A DNA stretch of 64,000 nt, from contig CM052816.1 in assembly GCA_028534125.1 (NCBI GenBank), positions 10,542,001-10,606,000 of the forward strand. The letters are read 5' to 3'. A program made the position numbers and the translations under genes. Every line of letters starts with the position of its first letter. Positions within the stretch are counted from its first letter, which is position 1. Under the pieces are notes generated by a model. That model worked only from the letters and a program-made list of their open reading frames with translations, had not been told where the DNA came from and searched no databases. This document shows positions 52,016-64,000 of the stretch, piece after piece. The stretch is from Lama glama. Taxonomy: Eukaryota.

Positions 52016-52094
52016 ATGAAATGCTTCTCTCGTTACCTGCCTTACATCTTCAGACCTCCGAATACCATCCTCTCTTCCAGCTGCCACACGGAAG
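52016..52094 (+). CDS. PPP2R2B: PPP2R2B alternative first coding exon (isoform Bbeta2, mitochondrial-targeting N-terminus of PP2A B55-beta); the remaining exons lie downstream, outside the window
   Basis: ATG at 52016 (A at -3) translates to MKCFSRYLPYIFRPPNTILSSSCHTE, which I recognise as the Bbeta2 N-terminus. It is followed by one G and the donor GAAG|GTACAG at 52095. The phase-1 junction fits continuation into the common (A)DIISTVEF exon. Confidence 0.96.
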
Positions 52095-54779
52095 GTACAG
52101 ATCAGAGAGGGAGAGTGTCTGGGTGGGTGGGAAAAAGTGGGCTGGTGTATGACTTCCCACAGGCTCTGCTGATACTGCCTTCTGTAGCTACTAGCTGACT
52201 GTCGTGCCTGGCAAAAGCTTGTATCTAACAGACTTAGATCTGCTTCTAAAATCAGTCTGTCTGCTACAAGGAAAGTATTTTCCCAAGAGCCAGATAATGT
52301 TGCAAAGGTGATCTCACAGCTGATACAGCTGATTAGAAAATAATTGGGAAATGTTTTGCCAATTTCCTCTGTTCTCTTTCACATGCAAACAAGTAATTGG
52401 AACTAATGTTAAGGACAAAAACATTTCTGTAGGTGCCATTACGTACATTTAGCCAAGCTCTCTGTTTTGTCATTGTCCTTTTAATAACTTGGTGCATGCC
52501 CAAGAAAGCAATTAGCAAAATAGAATGAGCTTCCTACATGACTGTGGAGTGTCGGGTGTTGAATTGGTCTGCTCAGAGTCTGTACTTGGGGTGCAGGGCT
52601 GGAAGACAACAGCTGACAGTCAGTGCTTGCTGGAAATGTGGTTTGTAGGGGGTCCTAAGTTGATGCCTTAAGGCGAGGATGAACTGAATCTTGTACCAAC
52701 AGCTCCCCAGTTTCTGGTCCTTTCGGGGACCTCCTCTGCTGCCTTCTAACCTAGCGTGATGTGCATCCGTGTGCGGGGACTTTCTGTGTGCACGTGTGTG
52801 TGCCTTGTAAACATTCTTCAACTAAGCACTGCAGGTTTCAGCATTTCTACCATCAGTAGCTGGTTGTGCATCTTCTATGTGTGATATGCCTGTTTCTTTT
52901 GATCTGACACATCCTTGGAAAAGATCAATTTTAAGCAAAGCAACTGGCTGGCTGTTTGTCAGCCTCAGGGGTTGTCCTACAAGCGGTCCTTGAGGGAAGA
53001 GGGCAGGGGATGGTGAGGAACGGCAACTCTGCCTCAGGTCCGGACTGAGCTGGTCAGCAGTCTGTTCTGAAAACCCACCCCTGTGTCTAGTCCTCACAGG
53101 AGGAGCCTGGGGTTGGGGGCTGTGTCTATCAAATGAGAGAAACTGTATTTCACACATAAGGTGATTTTTAATCAGTACCCCCAGGAAAAGGGAGTAGAAA
53201 TTTGGGATCACCTTTGCATTGAGAATGATGATATATTTTCCATAGACATTGATATTTCATCGATTTTTTTTCAACTGGATATTTTCTTTAAAATTTCATT
53301 GGTTGCTAAAGGAGATGGCTCATTGAAAAATCTTTCTTCCCTCGGAGAGAGAAACTAGCATGTTCCTATATATACTGCGGAGAGGTAAGGGGTAGCAGGG
53401 GTAGATGTCTCCGGGGGAGCTTTCCAAACACAAAAGACTTAAACTTACATGGAAAGCTGCCTGAATGTTTTCTGATTGGTCCTCTGTCCTCTCCTCCCAT
53501 CTTAAACTTTGAGAACCCAAACATGTGGTCTGTTCAGTTGCTGTTTTGCCTATGAATTAACTAAAGATCCTGCCTCATATTGACAAAACACCACCATAAC
53601 AGGAACTTTCTTGAACTCTTTTTAAATCAAATTTAAGTGATTTATTCCGTCAAAGTGGAACCCCCATTTTAATCATGTCAAAACAGACACTCTCTGAATC
53701 ACCAATTATCATCTGATTTAGGGGAGGGGTAGGGAGGCGTGTCTGTAAATTTGTTGTAAACCTGTTAAAGACAGTGGGCGAGGATAAGAGCATGTGTCCA
53801 ACATTAACGTCATGGAAGGGGCACTAGGGAACAGTTGAAAAGGCAGGAGTTAAATATCTAGCAACCAGGGCCAGGTCCCTTAATTGCTCTATGCTAAATT
53901 TCATCTCTAAAATGGAAACAAAAAGACCTACTCCCAGGATGTTGAGACTTAAAAGCGATAATTAAAGTTGTTCACAAAGCTTGCTACCTGATAAAGTCTG
54001 TCCATTTTTAAGTCCCAGTCCCCATGCACTTTCTTAGGTATTCAAGTCTTCTTTATTTGTTATACCATCTTAAGCAATGAGTGGTTTCCTCAAAACACAT
54101 CTCAGTGTCACCAGAAACTTGTTACACTTATTTAGAGTTTGAGGAGAAAAAGAGGTCAGAATGAATCTGAGTTTGTGTTCTCCTTTTTATATGGTTAGCG
54201 GTCATATCACCCAGTAGTCTCTGTCCTGGAAACGTTATGGCTGGGGACTTCCTATTTTATTTAATTGAAAAAGTCGAGAATGAATAACTTGTGTACATCC
54301 CCGTGAGTGTCAGATAAATCCAAATGATTCAAACAATCCCCTTAAGAGGGATTCTAGGACAGCTTTAAGGGCTTTCACAGTGCCTGGGCTGCTTCGGGAA
54401 CAGAACGATCCTACTGAGAAAACAAGCGTTGTCCTCCCAGCTTTGCCTTGACGTCGTTTTCTCAACGCAGGAGGATCCTTGAATCCCATCTCCACCACAT
54501 GCCAACGAGGTGATGTTGGGTAGTTCCTTCACCTCTCTGAGCCTCAGTTTCCTTATTTGCGAAACATGCGAATAAATACATGTGCAGAACGCCATACACA
54601 GGGTGGTGACGAGGATGAGGATGAGGCTGCTAACCAGCCTTCACTTGTGTTTACTACGTCCGAGGCATTATCTAAGTGCACTGTATAGAGCAACACATTG
54701 CACACAGGGTAAATCAACAACATGTAGTCAACAAATATTAGTTCTTTTTCCCCTTGCTCTCTCGTTCTCTGCCTCCAAG

Positions 54780-55345
54780 CCTGTTTCTTCATCCATCACA
54801 TAGAGATTGGGTCCTCCATACTGCAGCCAAAATGTTTGTTTGAAATAGGACACCACCACACTGCCTCCAACACAAACACACTGGCATTTAACCTCTCAAC
54901 GGCTTCCCATGGCCTGTAAGGTCCTGCATATTCTGACCCCTGCCTGACTCTCCTGAGTGACCCCAGACACGCTTGATCCTGCCTGATCTCCAGCCACAGG
55001 CCTTGGGTTCCGCAATATTTTCTCTCTGACCACAAATTTTGGGGATGAGGCTCTCTCTCTCCCCTCTGCCCCATTCTTTGTTCATTCTAGCCTTCACCTC
55101 TTAGCTAAAGCTGAGAAGTCATCCTTGACCCTCAGCTGATGGTAGCTCTTGAAGAACTGGGTTTCTTCCCTTCAGAGCTCCCATCCTAGTTTGCCGTTAT
55201 GAGCAGACTGGATGAAACTGTTTTGTTAGTATCTGGCTCCCTGTTGGACTGAAAGCTTCATGAGAGCAAGACTCCCATGTGGTTTTGCACTAGAACAAGA
55301 CCAAGTGTGTAACGGGTACTCGATAAATTTTTATTGAATGAAAAG
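54780..55345 (+). mobile_element. L2 fragment
   Basis: ctcaacggcttcccatggcctgtaaggtcctgca...ggactgaaagcttcatgagagcaag...ctcgataaattttattgaatgaa. Confidence 0.7.
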
Positions 55346-56648
55346 ATGACAAACACCAAGGCTGTTGTATAGATACATCTTAAAAACATGCAAAAAACAT
55401 TCTGCAAAGGATTAACTCTTATGTGAATGCTGGTTGTTTTAACTGTTGTGGGTTGGGGAGCTTTTGGTGGCCATGCTTGAGGGATCTGCTTTTATTACCA
55501 TGGTCTAACTTGAAATAAGAGGTCACCAACAGAAAAAAAAAAAAAGAACAAGTAAATAATGTTGATGCACAAACAGGGTTTTGAGAAGACAGTTGGACTG
55601 TCTCCCTTCCTCTGCAGACCTCATTAAGGACCCTCCCCCCACAACCCATGCCCCCATAGAAAAGGATTCATCCAGCAAAATGGCTTCAGGACTAGAGGAA
55701 CAAAAATCCCAATCCCAGACAAAAAGAAGTGATTCCAGATAGGATGAGAGAGGCAGTGAGGTATGAGGCACCTTGCCTGATGTTTCCGGATGGGCCTGGT
55801 CTGGCCCCTGATACAGGAGGGCTGTGTTTGTGTTATCTAACAAACGAGTGGAGGCACATCCTTTTCCTAAAGGGTAACGTGTCCTATCCCTGATTGTTTC
55901 CGTGCTACAAACTCTATTCATCCTTTATAACTCAGTTTGAGTCAAGTCTTTCTGGGAAGACTTGCTCCACAACTCCAAAGGTGGAGGTGTTGTTCTGAGT
56001 CACCTAAACCGCAGTTATAGTGGGAAGAAGACAGGAGAAGGGGACGCACCACAAAGCCTGTGGGTCACTGGCTGCGGCTCTGCAACCCCATTTGCCCATC
56101 ACGCAGTCTCTTGTATTGGCTGCCATCATCTCCATGTTGCAGATTAGGAAACTGATGCACGCCTACTTCGCCAGAGCCAAGGTTTGTCAAGGGACAGAGC
56201 AGAGACCCCAGTCCAAACTGTCTGAGTCAAAATTCAGGGCTCCTGCCCTTTACCTTGTACATTTCCTTCTGAAGGTCAGTGTGAGACTAGCCTTCAGGTT
56301 ATATTGAAACGGCCTATGTCCGTGTCCGTCTCCTGGTGGCCAGGAGCACCTTGGGCATGGGGATTCTGCCCTATTCATCTTCAGTCTCTGCAGCCTGTTA
56401 GGGCAGAGCTTGACTAGGTAGATGCTCAAGAAATTCTTCTTCAGTGAACAGGAGACTGAACAAACAAACTTGCTTATCTTCTTTCAACAACGCTTCTTCA
56501 AGAGGAAGAAACTCCTTGAAGCAGAATATCTTCCAAGGACATCCAAAAGCAGGACTGCTGGAAGTCTACACCCACACGCAGAGGGAAAGAATACACATTT
56601 TTCTAGCTCTTTACTTTCAGAAGTAAAACATGCCATGTTTTCTGTGTT

Positions 56649-56652
<4 letters not shown>

Positions 56653-56686
<34 letters not shown>
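56653..56686 (+). repeat. (GT)n microsatellite
   Basis: About 17 uninterrupted GT units. Shorter or interrupted TG tracts also occur at about 28945-28972 and 30279-30306. Confidence 0.95.
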
Positions 56687-56689
<3 letters not shown>

Positions 56690-56714
56690 GGGATGTAGGT
56701 ACAGGTGCATATGT

Positions 56715-56880
56715 GTATTCCTCACAATCCTATGAGGTAAGTACTGTTACTATCCTCATGTATCAACATGAGGAAACTAGCACACAGATAAGTTAGGTAA
56801 CTTCTCCAAGGTCACACAGCAGTTAAGTGCAAGGGCTAGGATTAGAATCCATGCAGTTTGGTTCCAAGGTACATGCTAAG
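56715..56880 (-). mobile_element. MIR SINE
   Basis: tcctcacaatcctatgaggtaagtactgttactatcc...gaggaaactagcacacag...ccaaggtcacacagc. Confidence 0.85.
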
Positions 56881-57419
56881 AAAGGATTTATTGCTATATG
56901 TTACCTTTTTACATATCTATGGAATTCTTATATTTCTGTGTTTTAGGAATTCTCTTCTCAGCCCCTTTCACATATTTAGAACCAGCCCACTCTTTGGGTC
57001 CACATCAAATGCACTTCCACCCACAGCTTTCCCTGACTACTCATTTTCTCATTGTCACAAATACACACCTACATTTAAAGTCTTCCCCAAAGGAACATTG
57101 TGATTCTCTGTAATATAGAAATAACAGTACACCACCTGAAGGAGTTACTTTAAGGATTAAGTGACACAACATGTTACATGGTTTGACACTACTTAACATG
57201 TAAAATTTGTTTTACATTTTCATGTGCAATAGATGAACTGTCCCTGCTGTCACCTGAGGCCAACCTGCCCACCCACTGTGAGCTGGATCCCAGCCCTGAC
57301 CCCTGCCCAGGCTCCCCCACTCCTGCCCTTGGCCCCTCTCCCTCCGTTATCACTATGTCTTTCATCTCTGCAGGATCATGTTTGGCCATCCACAACATGT
57401 TGTAAATCATCTCACTTTA

Positions 57420-59030
57420 AATACTCATCTCATGATCCCTCATCCCTCTCTAGCTACTGCCTCATTCCTCGCAGAAAAATGCCCTGAAGGAGTTCTCTAC
57501 ACTCAGTTGCCATGTCTTTTACTCCAATTTGCGCTTTCCATCCCTCCACCAAAATGGCTCTTGTGAGAATCACCAGTGACCCACTCACTGATGAACCCAT
57601 TCACCCTCTCCAGGGCCTCCTCCTACAGCTCTCAGCAGTGTCGCCACAGGTCGCCACTACCTTCCTGAGAGAGTTTCTTGTCTTGGCTTCAAGGTCCACC
57701 CTTTCTATTTCCTTCTCCCTCACTGGCTAGTCCTTCTCAGACTCCCGTGCTAGTTCCTTATCATTTTCCCAAACCAGAAATATTGGAGTCCAGGACTCAG
57801 TCTTCACCTTAATTAGGTAACCTCACAGTCTTAAATATCATCTATTCAATTTCTATCTCTAGCTCCTAACTCTCCCTAAAATGCAGACTTGCACATCTAA
57901 CTGCATTCATGATATTTCCACTTGGATGCATAATAGAGATCTTGAAACAGAACTCCTGATTGCCTCTCAAGAAAAACCTGTTTGTCCAGCATTCTTCTCC
58001 AGCTCAGTTAATGAGAACATCCTTCTCCTAGTAACTCGAGCCAAAAGCCTTGGGGTCATCTTGTATTTCCTTCTGTCTCTCATATCTTTCTTCTAATTCT
58101 CTAATAAATCCTCTGACCTTAAATGCTTAAAAATTATCCAGAATCCAATCACACCTTATCACACCCATCACTCAGCTGTTTCTTCATCAGAGGCCTTTCC
58201 TGGCCATCCTCTCTAAAATACATCTCTCTTACCCCAATGTTCATAGCAGCATTGTTTATAATTGCCAAGGTATGGAAGCAACATAAGTGTCCATCAATAG
58301 ATGAGTGGATAAAGGATATGTGGTGTTTATATACAATAAAATACTATGCAGCCATAATAAAGAGTGAAATTTTGCCATTTGCAGCAACATGGATGGACTT
58401 GGAGGGTATTATGCTAAGCGAAATAAATCAGACAGAGAAAGACAAATACTATATGTTCACTTATATGTGGAACCTAAAAAATACAACCAACTAGTGAATA
58501 TAACAAAAAAGAAACAGACTCATAGAGAACAGACTATAACTAGCAGTGGAGAGGGCAGGGGGAGGGGTAGCATGGAGGTAGCGGATTGAGAGGAACAAAC
58601 TATTTTGTATGAAATAAGCTACACGGATATATTGTACAACACATGAGATACAGCCAGTATTTTATAATAACTATAAATGGAGCATAACCTTTAAAAATTG
58701 TGACTCACTATATTGTGACACCTCACTTGTACATCAACTAAACCTCAATAAAAAAGAAAAAATTACCATATAGACAAATGAGAAACAAATCACTCACACA
58801 CGTTCCCTGTTACTGTTACCCTGCTTTATTTTTACTCCATAGCACTTAGCTTTTCCTGACATGTTATATATCCATTCACGTGTCACCTGTCTTTTCATGC
58901 TACAGAATGTCAGCTATATGAAAGCAGAGGCTTTCTCTGTTTTGTTCATTCCTGTCTCCTATACCTAGAACAGTTTCTAGCACATAGTAAGCCTGGCATC
59001 AATACGTGTTGACTGAACAAATGGATGTGA
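57420..59030 (+). mobile_element. L2 LINE split by an L1 3' fragment
   Basis: ccaccaaaatggctcttgtgagaatcaccagtgacc...ccaaaagccttggggtcatc...cctagaacagtttctagcacatagtaag. Confidence 0.75.
58228..58765 (+). mobile_element. L1MA-like 3' end
   Basis: PMFIAALFIIAKVWKQHKCPSIDEWIK...ILPFAATWMDLEGIMLSE followed by the 3' UTR ending aataaaaaagaaaaa. Confidence 0.88.
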
Positions 59031-59369
59031 GTTAACATTTATATGAAGTCTCAGTGATTAAGTGGGAAGAAGCAGCTCTGACACCAGATGCACCTGAGTT
59101 CCAGTCTCAGCCCTGATAATTACCTGCTGGGTGACCTTCAGTTACTTACCTGGTATATTTCCTTCTCTAACAGTAATGTATCAGCATATTATTATGAAGG
59201 TGAAAAAATAATGTTGGTAAAACACCGAGCATGGTGCCTGTGAATATTCAGTGAATTGGGCTTCATACTATTATTGTTTGCATCCCCCACTGCATTTAAC
59301 ACAAGTCACCCATAGACGTTAATAGTTCCATGCTGATTGAGTTTTTTGCCTGCCTACATAGCTAGCATT

Positions 59370-59600
59370 GATTGTGGGTTTTTATATGCCAGACCTTGAG
59401 CTAAATGTTTTCTAGTTACTGCCTCACGTAAATCTCACAAAAGCATCGTAAGTATTGTTAAGTGTCCCAGTTTGACAGATGAGGAAACAAGGCACCGAAC
59501 TGTACAGTAATTTACCCAAAACCACATGGCTAATATGTGGCAGATCAGGGTTTGCACCCAGACTGCCTGCCTTGTGTCTGGGCTCTTAGCTGCCCCATAC
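59370..59600 (-). mobile_element. MIR SINE
   Basis: tttgacagatgaggaaacaaggcac...taatttacccaaaaccacatggcta...gtggcagatcagggtttg. Confidence 0.75.
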
Positions 59601-61629
59601 TATTGCCTATAGTATTTCAGGCATTGTTCTCAGCACATGGAAACTCAAAAGATAGCAAAGATTCATCCCTATTTTAAGACACTGTGGTTTGGCAGGGGAG
59701 AGAAAGGCAGAGGCTCACAATTCTAATGGTAGGTTTTAACCCTGACTGGGCATGAGAATCAGCTGTGGCAGAAGCATGGGGGTTTCTCCACCACGGACTC
59801 CTTGGAAGTTGGCCCTAGGAATCCTGGGTTTTAAGGTTCTCCCAGATGAATCTTATGAGCAATCAGAGGCAGGAAGCTGAGTCTGTGATCAGCCACGGTC
59901 ATGGCTGAGGAATGTAGTCAGAGCTCTAGAGCAGAGCTCTCGGAGAAGAGATTGATCCGTTGTAGGTCCCTTTGAAAGGACAGACTCAAATCCTGCAGCT
60001 AAGAAGATTTTGCTTTTCGTCAAGATGTCTGGCAGTTGAGTGGCTGTCCTGGGAAAACTCAAGGTCAGTGTCATTCATCCTTTTATATTTGCAGTGGGCC
60101 TCTACTGTGCGTTTGTCTGCTCCAAGGTAGCTATGAATTTGCTTCCAGATTTTTTTTATTCAAGTACCAGCTAACACATCTATCTAATACAGAAAAAGTC
60201 AATTTCTTGGGCTTCAGTTTTGTCATTTATAAAAAGGGAAATAAAAATTACTCACATACCAAGGAGTTGCTTTGGTGACTAAATATGATAATTTATCCAA
60301 AGTGTGAGTGTGGTACCCAGTACAATTTAACAGCTTGGCAAGAATTAACTGTTATTGTTATTAATATGATTCATATTAGTGGATGCCTCTGAAAACAACA
60401 AAGCAACTGTGTGCTTTGATACGATGTGGTGATGGAAAAAATCCTGGGCCAGCAGTCTGGACTAGGTTCTGGTCCTTTCTGATATTGGTGTCCTGGGGAA
60501 AATGGCTAATAAGCCCACTGTGCGTTGGAGTCAGGCGGCATTATAACAAAGTATGCTTGGTGGTGGTGTCAGATTAAGTGACAGGTGCTTTGTGAAGTAG
60601 GTCCCCCTCTTTAATCTTCTCATATCAAATCATTTCACAATGGTAACCACATTTTCAGGAGTTCCTAATAAAATCCATAAAGAATTCAACAATGGATGAG
60701 AAATAGGAAGGACAGAAAATAATGTTTAAATAAAAGCCAACGGGCTCCAGGCACTTCCCATGTATTGTTATCAGCTGGAGATAATTATCAAAACAATTCT
60801 GCATGGTAGTAGCTGCATCTTACAGGTGGTGTTGGAGGACTGGTGAGATGAAGTATTTGGAAAAGGCTTTGGCTTTGGAATCTGGTCAGCCAGAGTTCCA
60901 AACATGGCTTAAAGTGATTTGTCTTCTGAGTATCTGTTTTCTTGACTGGAGAATGGAAGTAAATAACACTTCCTTTTTGTGTTTGGTGTAGGGGTTAAAG
61001 GCACTGAGTGGCACATGCCTGGTAGCCATTTAATAGATGGTACTTGTACTGACTGTGACTGTATGTTTGTCCGGTTCTCACTAGTGGGAACGCTAAGCTG
61101 GTCTGATTGCAAACTCTGGGCTCCTTCCACTTCATCACGCTCCCATCAGAGAAAGCTTCCATTTCTCATTCTTTGATTCTTTGAACCTGCATCACCTTTA
61201 CTGGTGCTTGCCTGTGACATATGCTGGTCAGTGTTGTTCTGATTTGTGTTTCTGAATCCATTGTTTGTCTTGTGGACGTGTGCTCCAAGGCAATGCCTTC
61301 ATTTTGACTCAATTTTATAAATCTAATAGAAAAATCACCGGCGGTGAAATCATCACCATCGTTAGAGCGTCTGGCCCATTAGTTTTCTGAGTCATTGTTT
61401 CTTCGCTGGCAGATGGGGCTAAGAGAGAAGATGGGCTGAGAGGGCCAAGGCCTTTGTCTTCACAAAGGTCTGCAGTAGCAGTTAGTAGAAAGGCAAACAG
61501 GAGGCAAATAAATTCAGAGATGTGCGTGAAAGCCCAATCTGAATCCTCCTGTTGACGGGTGGGCATGTCACTTAACCTGAAAATTTTAGAATCAGATTCA
61601 TTAGGCAGTGAACCTCCTTGCAAGAGACA

Positions 61630-62260
61630 TTATTCATTTATTCATTGATTTATTTAAAAATCCAAACACACACTTAAAGACTATCTGTACTGTATGTCAG
61701 GTATTGGCTAGACAGTGGGTGTACTGGTGGTAAAAAGAGCTATGGTTCGTGCCCTGATGAAAGACAAATTAATCAAATGAATGTCACCTGTGGCCAGTGC
61801 TGCAGTGGTGGGGATATGGGATAAGGACAAGATCTAATAGGGATTTGTAAGGCACAGAAAGATCAGGACACTTTCCCAGAAGTGGTCACTTGAGCTGAGA
61901 TCTGAAGAATGAGGAAAACTTAACTAGGCAGAATGAGAGAGAATTTTCCAGGCAAAGGGGAGAGCGTGTTTTCAAGGCCTTATCACCAGAGAGTCACAGT
62001 GAATATGAGGTCCTGAAGGAAGCCCACTGCAGCCGGAGCACAGAGACCAAGAAGGAATAGGGCGGAGATTGAGGTTATAGAGAGGTGTGACCGTGCATAT
62101 CTCTGTGATGTGAATGATGGAGTTTGGTCTTGATCGAAAGAGCAAATGATCGAAGGGTATGAACTTGAGGGAAGAAACATGACCCTATTTTCAGCATGAG
62201 AAGATTGTTCTGATTGCTGTGAGGAGAATAGATGAGAGCTGTTAAGAGGACGTGGATGTA
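61630..62260 (-). mobile_element. L2 fragment
   Basis: attcattttattcattgatt...cttgagctgagatctgaagaatgagg...ttccaggcaaagggg. Confidence 0.7.
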
Positions 62261-63389
62261 TTTTAAGGAGCTGGCCACTCAAAACAGAGCTCGGTGGTCT
62301 CTCGAAGCAGCCCTTACTGTTGCAGTGCAGTAGACCTGTAGATGGTTCTGTTTCCACCCCCTAAATTCCTCCAGGTGTATTTGTGTCTTATTAAAACTGT
62401 CTCATGAACATGGAAAGCTGGCCATTGTCTTGACATCCAGACGAAGAAATTGTTATTCTCCATGAGTGATGGCAGCAGCATACTCTTCTGGGTTTTGAGG
62501 GGGCAGTAGACATTCCAGGCATTGAAAAATAGAGTGTGTTTGCTGTTCCAGATGCAGCACTGGCAAAGCATGTTGTTTAAAAGGAAGAGATAGGCTGTCT
62601 TAGGACAAAACCACTGAGAATGTTTTCATATCATGTTTATTCAGCAAGAAATAGCGGCTACATCCAAGCCTCTGGGCAGAATGGTTTACAGGCTCAGCTG
62701 TGCCTGTTCATGTATAAACAGCAGGGTGGCCCTCGCAGGGGACAGTTGGCCAAAAGTCAGTCTTATGAGCAAATGTTAAGAAGCCTTGACTGACCTTAGT
62801 TATTAATCCATCCTTTCATGGGCTTATAACCCAGATGATCGAATGTCTAGGCATGTGGGTGGGACCCCAAATGTGACATCCTGCCAGAGCCAAGCAGGTA
62901 GCATTAATCAAAGAGGATTGATATTGTCTATCTTGAAATGGTGTGTTCCAGTCCTGCCTAAAGGCTACACAACTCAGACATAAATAAATACAGACACAAA
63001 TAAATAATACATAAATACATACATGCATACTGAGCAAGGAAAACAAAGCCAGTGTCCAACGCAGGCCTTTACCTGTTTTCATCTCACTGAAAAGAGTCAT
63101 AGGGTTTCTGTTTGAAACCCTCTGATCAGTCTGGCCCTTTGCAGTGTCCTTGAATCTTACCGCAGTACTCCCGACGAGCTTGCTTCCTGCCCAAGCTGGC
63201 CGTTTAACTTCAGGACAATGCTGACTATGCTTCCATCTTTAAGTTGAATGGAAATCTATTTGTTGAGAACCATCAGTACAATTCCAGAAGTGCACAAGGA
63301 TGGTTTGCACGCCCTGTCCAGGCTAAAGATTTCAAGTTGCTTCAAGTAGCCTTCTGTGACTTCACCTACAATCAAGGGGACAATAAAGA

Positions 63390-63590
63390 ACATTTAGGTG
63401 CTAGGCCCTTTTAATGTATTAGCTCATTTAGTTCCAATAACAATCCAGTGACAAGGAAATGTTCATTCTCCCCACTTTACAGACACACTCTGAGGCCCAG
63501 AAAAGTAAATCAAGTGCCCAAAGTTACACAGTTTATAAGCAGCAGAGGTAGGATTTGAACCCAGGGAAGCTCTGGAACCCAGAGCTTTGT
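63390..63590 (-). mobile_element. MIR SINE
   Basis: tgtattagctcattta...ctgaggcccagaaaagtaa...gcccaaagttacacag...ggatttgaacccagg. Confidence 0.8.
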
Positions 63591-64000
63591 TCTCCTCCCT
63601 CCAGTATGGAGGGAAAAGCACAGTTTGCTGTTATAATCTTGCCTCTGACTCTAAGTCCCATCATTTCCCATGGCTAGCTGACTGCTCTTAAGTCTCTGTT
63701 TGTTCACCCATAAGTTAAACCCTGCCTCAGTACTGCAGTGAGAGCATTATAAAATGATGTATGCAAAGCAGCACCATGCCTTGCGTGTCCTGGGCACTCA
63801 TCAAAGGCTAATTGGATAAATAAAGATATGAATAAATAAATGAAGGCCTTCTGGGCCTGCCTTTCCAAGCAAAGCCTTTTTACTTGGCCCCAGTTCTCAA
63901 GCAAAATATCTATCTTATGTTGTCTTTGGGAGGTCAGCCAGGAGCAGGAAGTCACAGCATAAACAAAGCACAATAGCCTGGAATGAAAATAGAGGTATAA

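Noticed and set aside
52095..52198. C-terminal part of the 60-aa ORF at 52016-52198
   Set aside because: It is read-through past the donor at 52095 into the intron; similarity to PPP2R2B ends at the donor.
1..64000. Prokaryotic-type systems (CRISPR arrays, operons, defence islands)
   Set aside because: The sequence is mammalian, with no gene-dense regions or regularly spaced repeat-spacer arrays.

Overview
Mammalian genomic DNA, not prokaryotic. It is most likely from a camelid, inferred from three tRNA-derived vic-1-like SINEs and characteristic young L1 3' ends. Much of the window is interspersed repeat (MIR, L2, L1, MaLR/ERVL/ERV1 LTRs, hAT and Tigger elements), and there is one 500-N scaffold gap. 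The only protein-coding sequence I can support is the alternative first coding exon of PPP2R2B (PP2A regulatory subunit B55-beta) at 52016-52094 on the + strand. It encodes MKCFSRYLPYIFRPPNTILSSSCHTE, the mitochondria-targeting N-terminus of isoform Bbeta2, so the window covers the upstream region, this promoter and the start of the following intron. The main observations lie in this 5' architecture: a second open frame from an ATG 5 nt downstream in the same exon, a uORF-dense leader ending in a U-tract, a candidate phase-compatible mini first exon (MFLYILRR) 1.3 kb downstream, and a possibly decayed distal exon with a nearby RFX X-box about 25 kb upstream. Two L1 insertions show twin-priming inversions, and there is an intact ERV1-type solo LTR. 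I found no wholly new biological system. Repeat subfamily names and comparisons with human isoforms are from memory and need confirmation by alignment.
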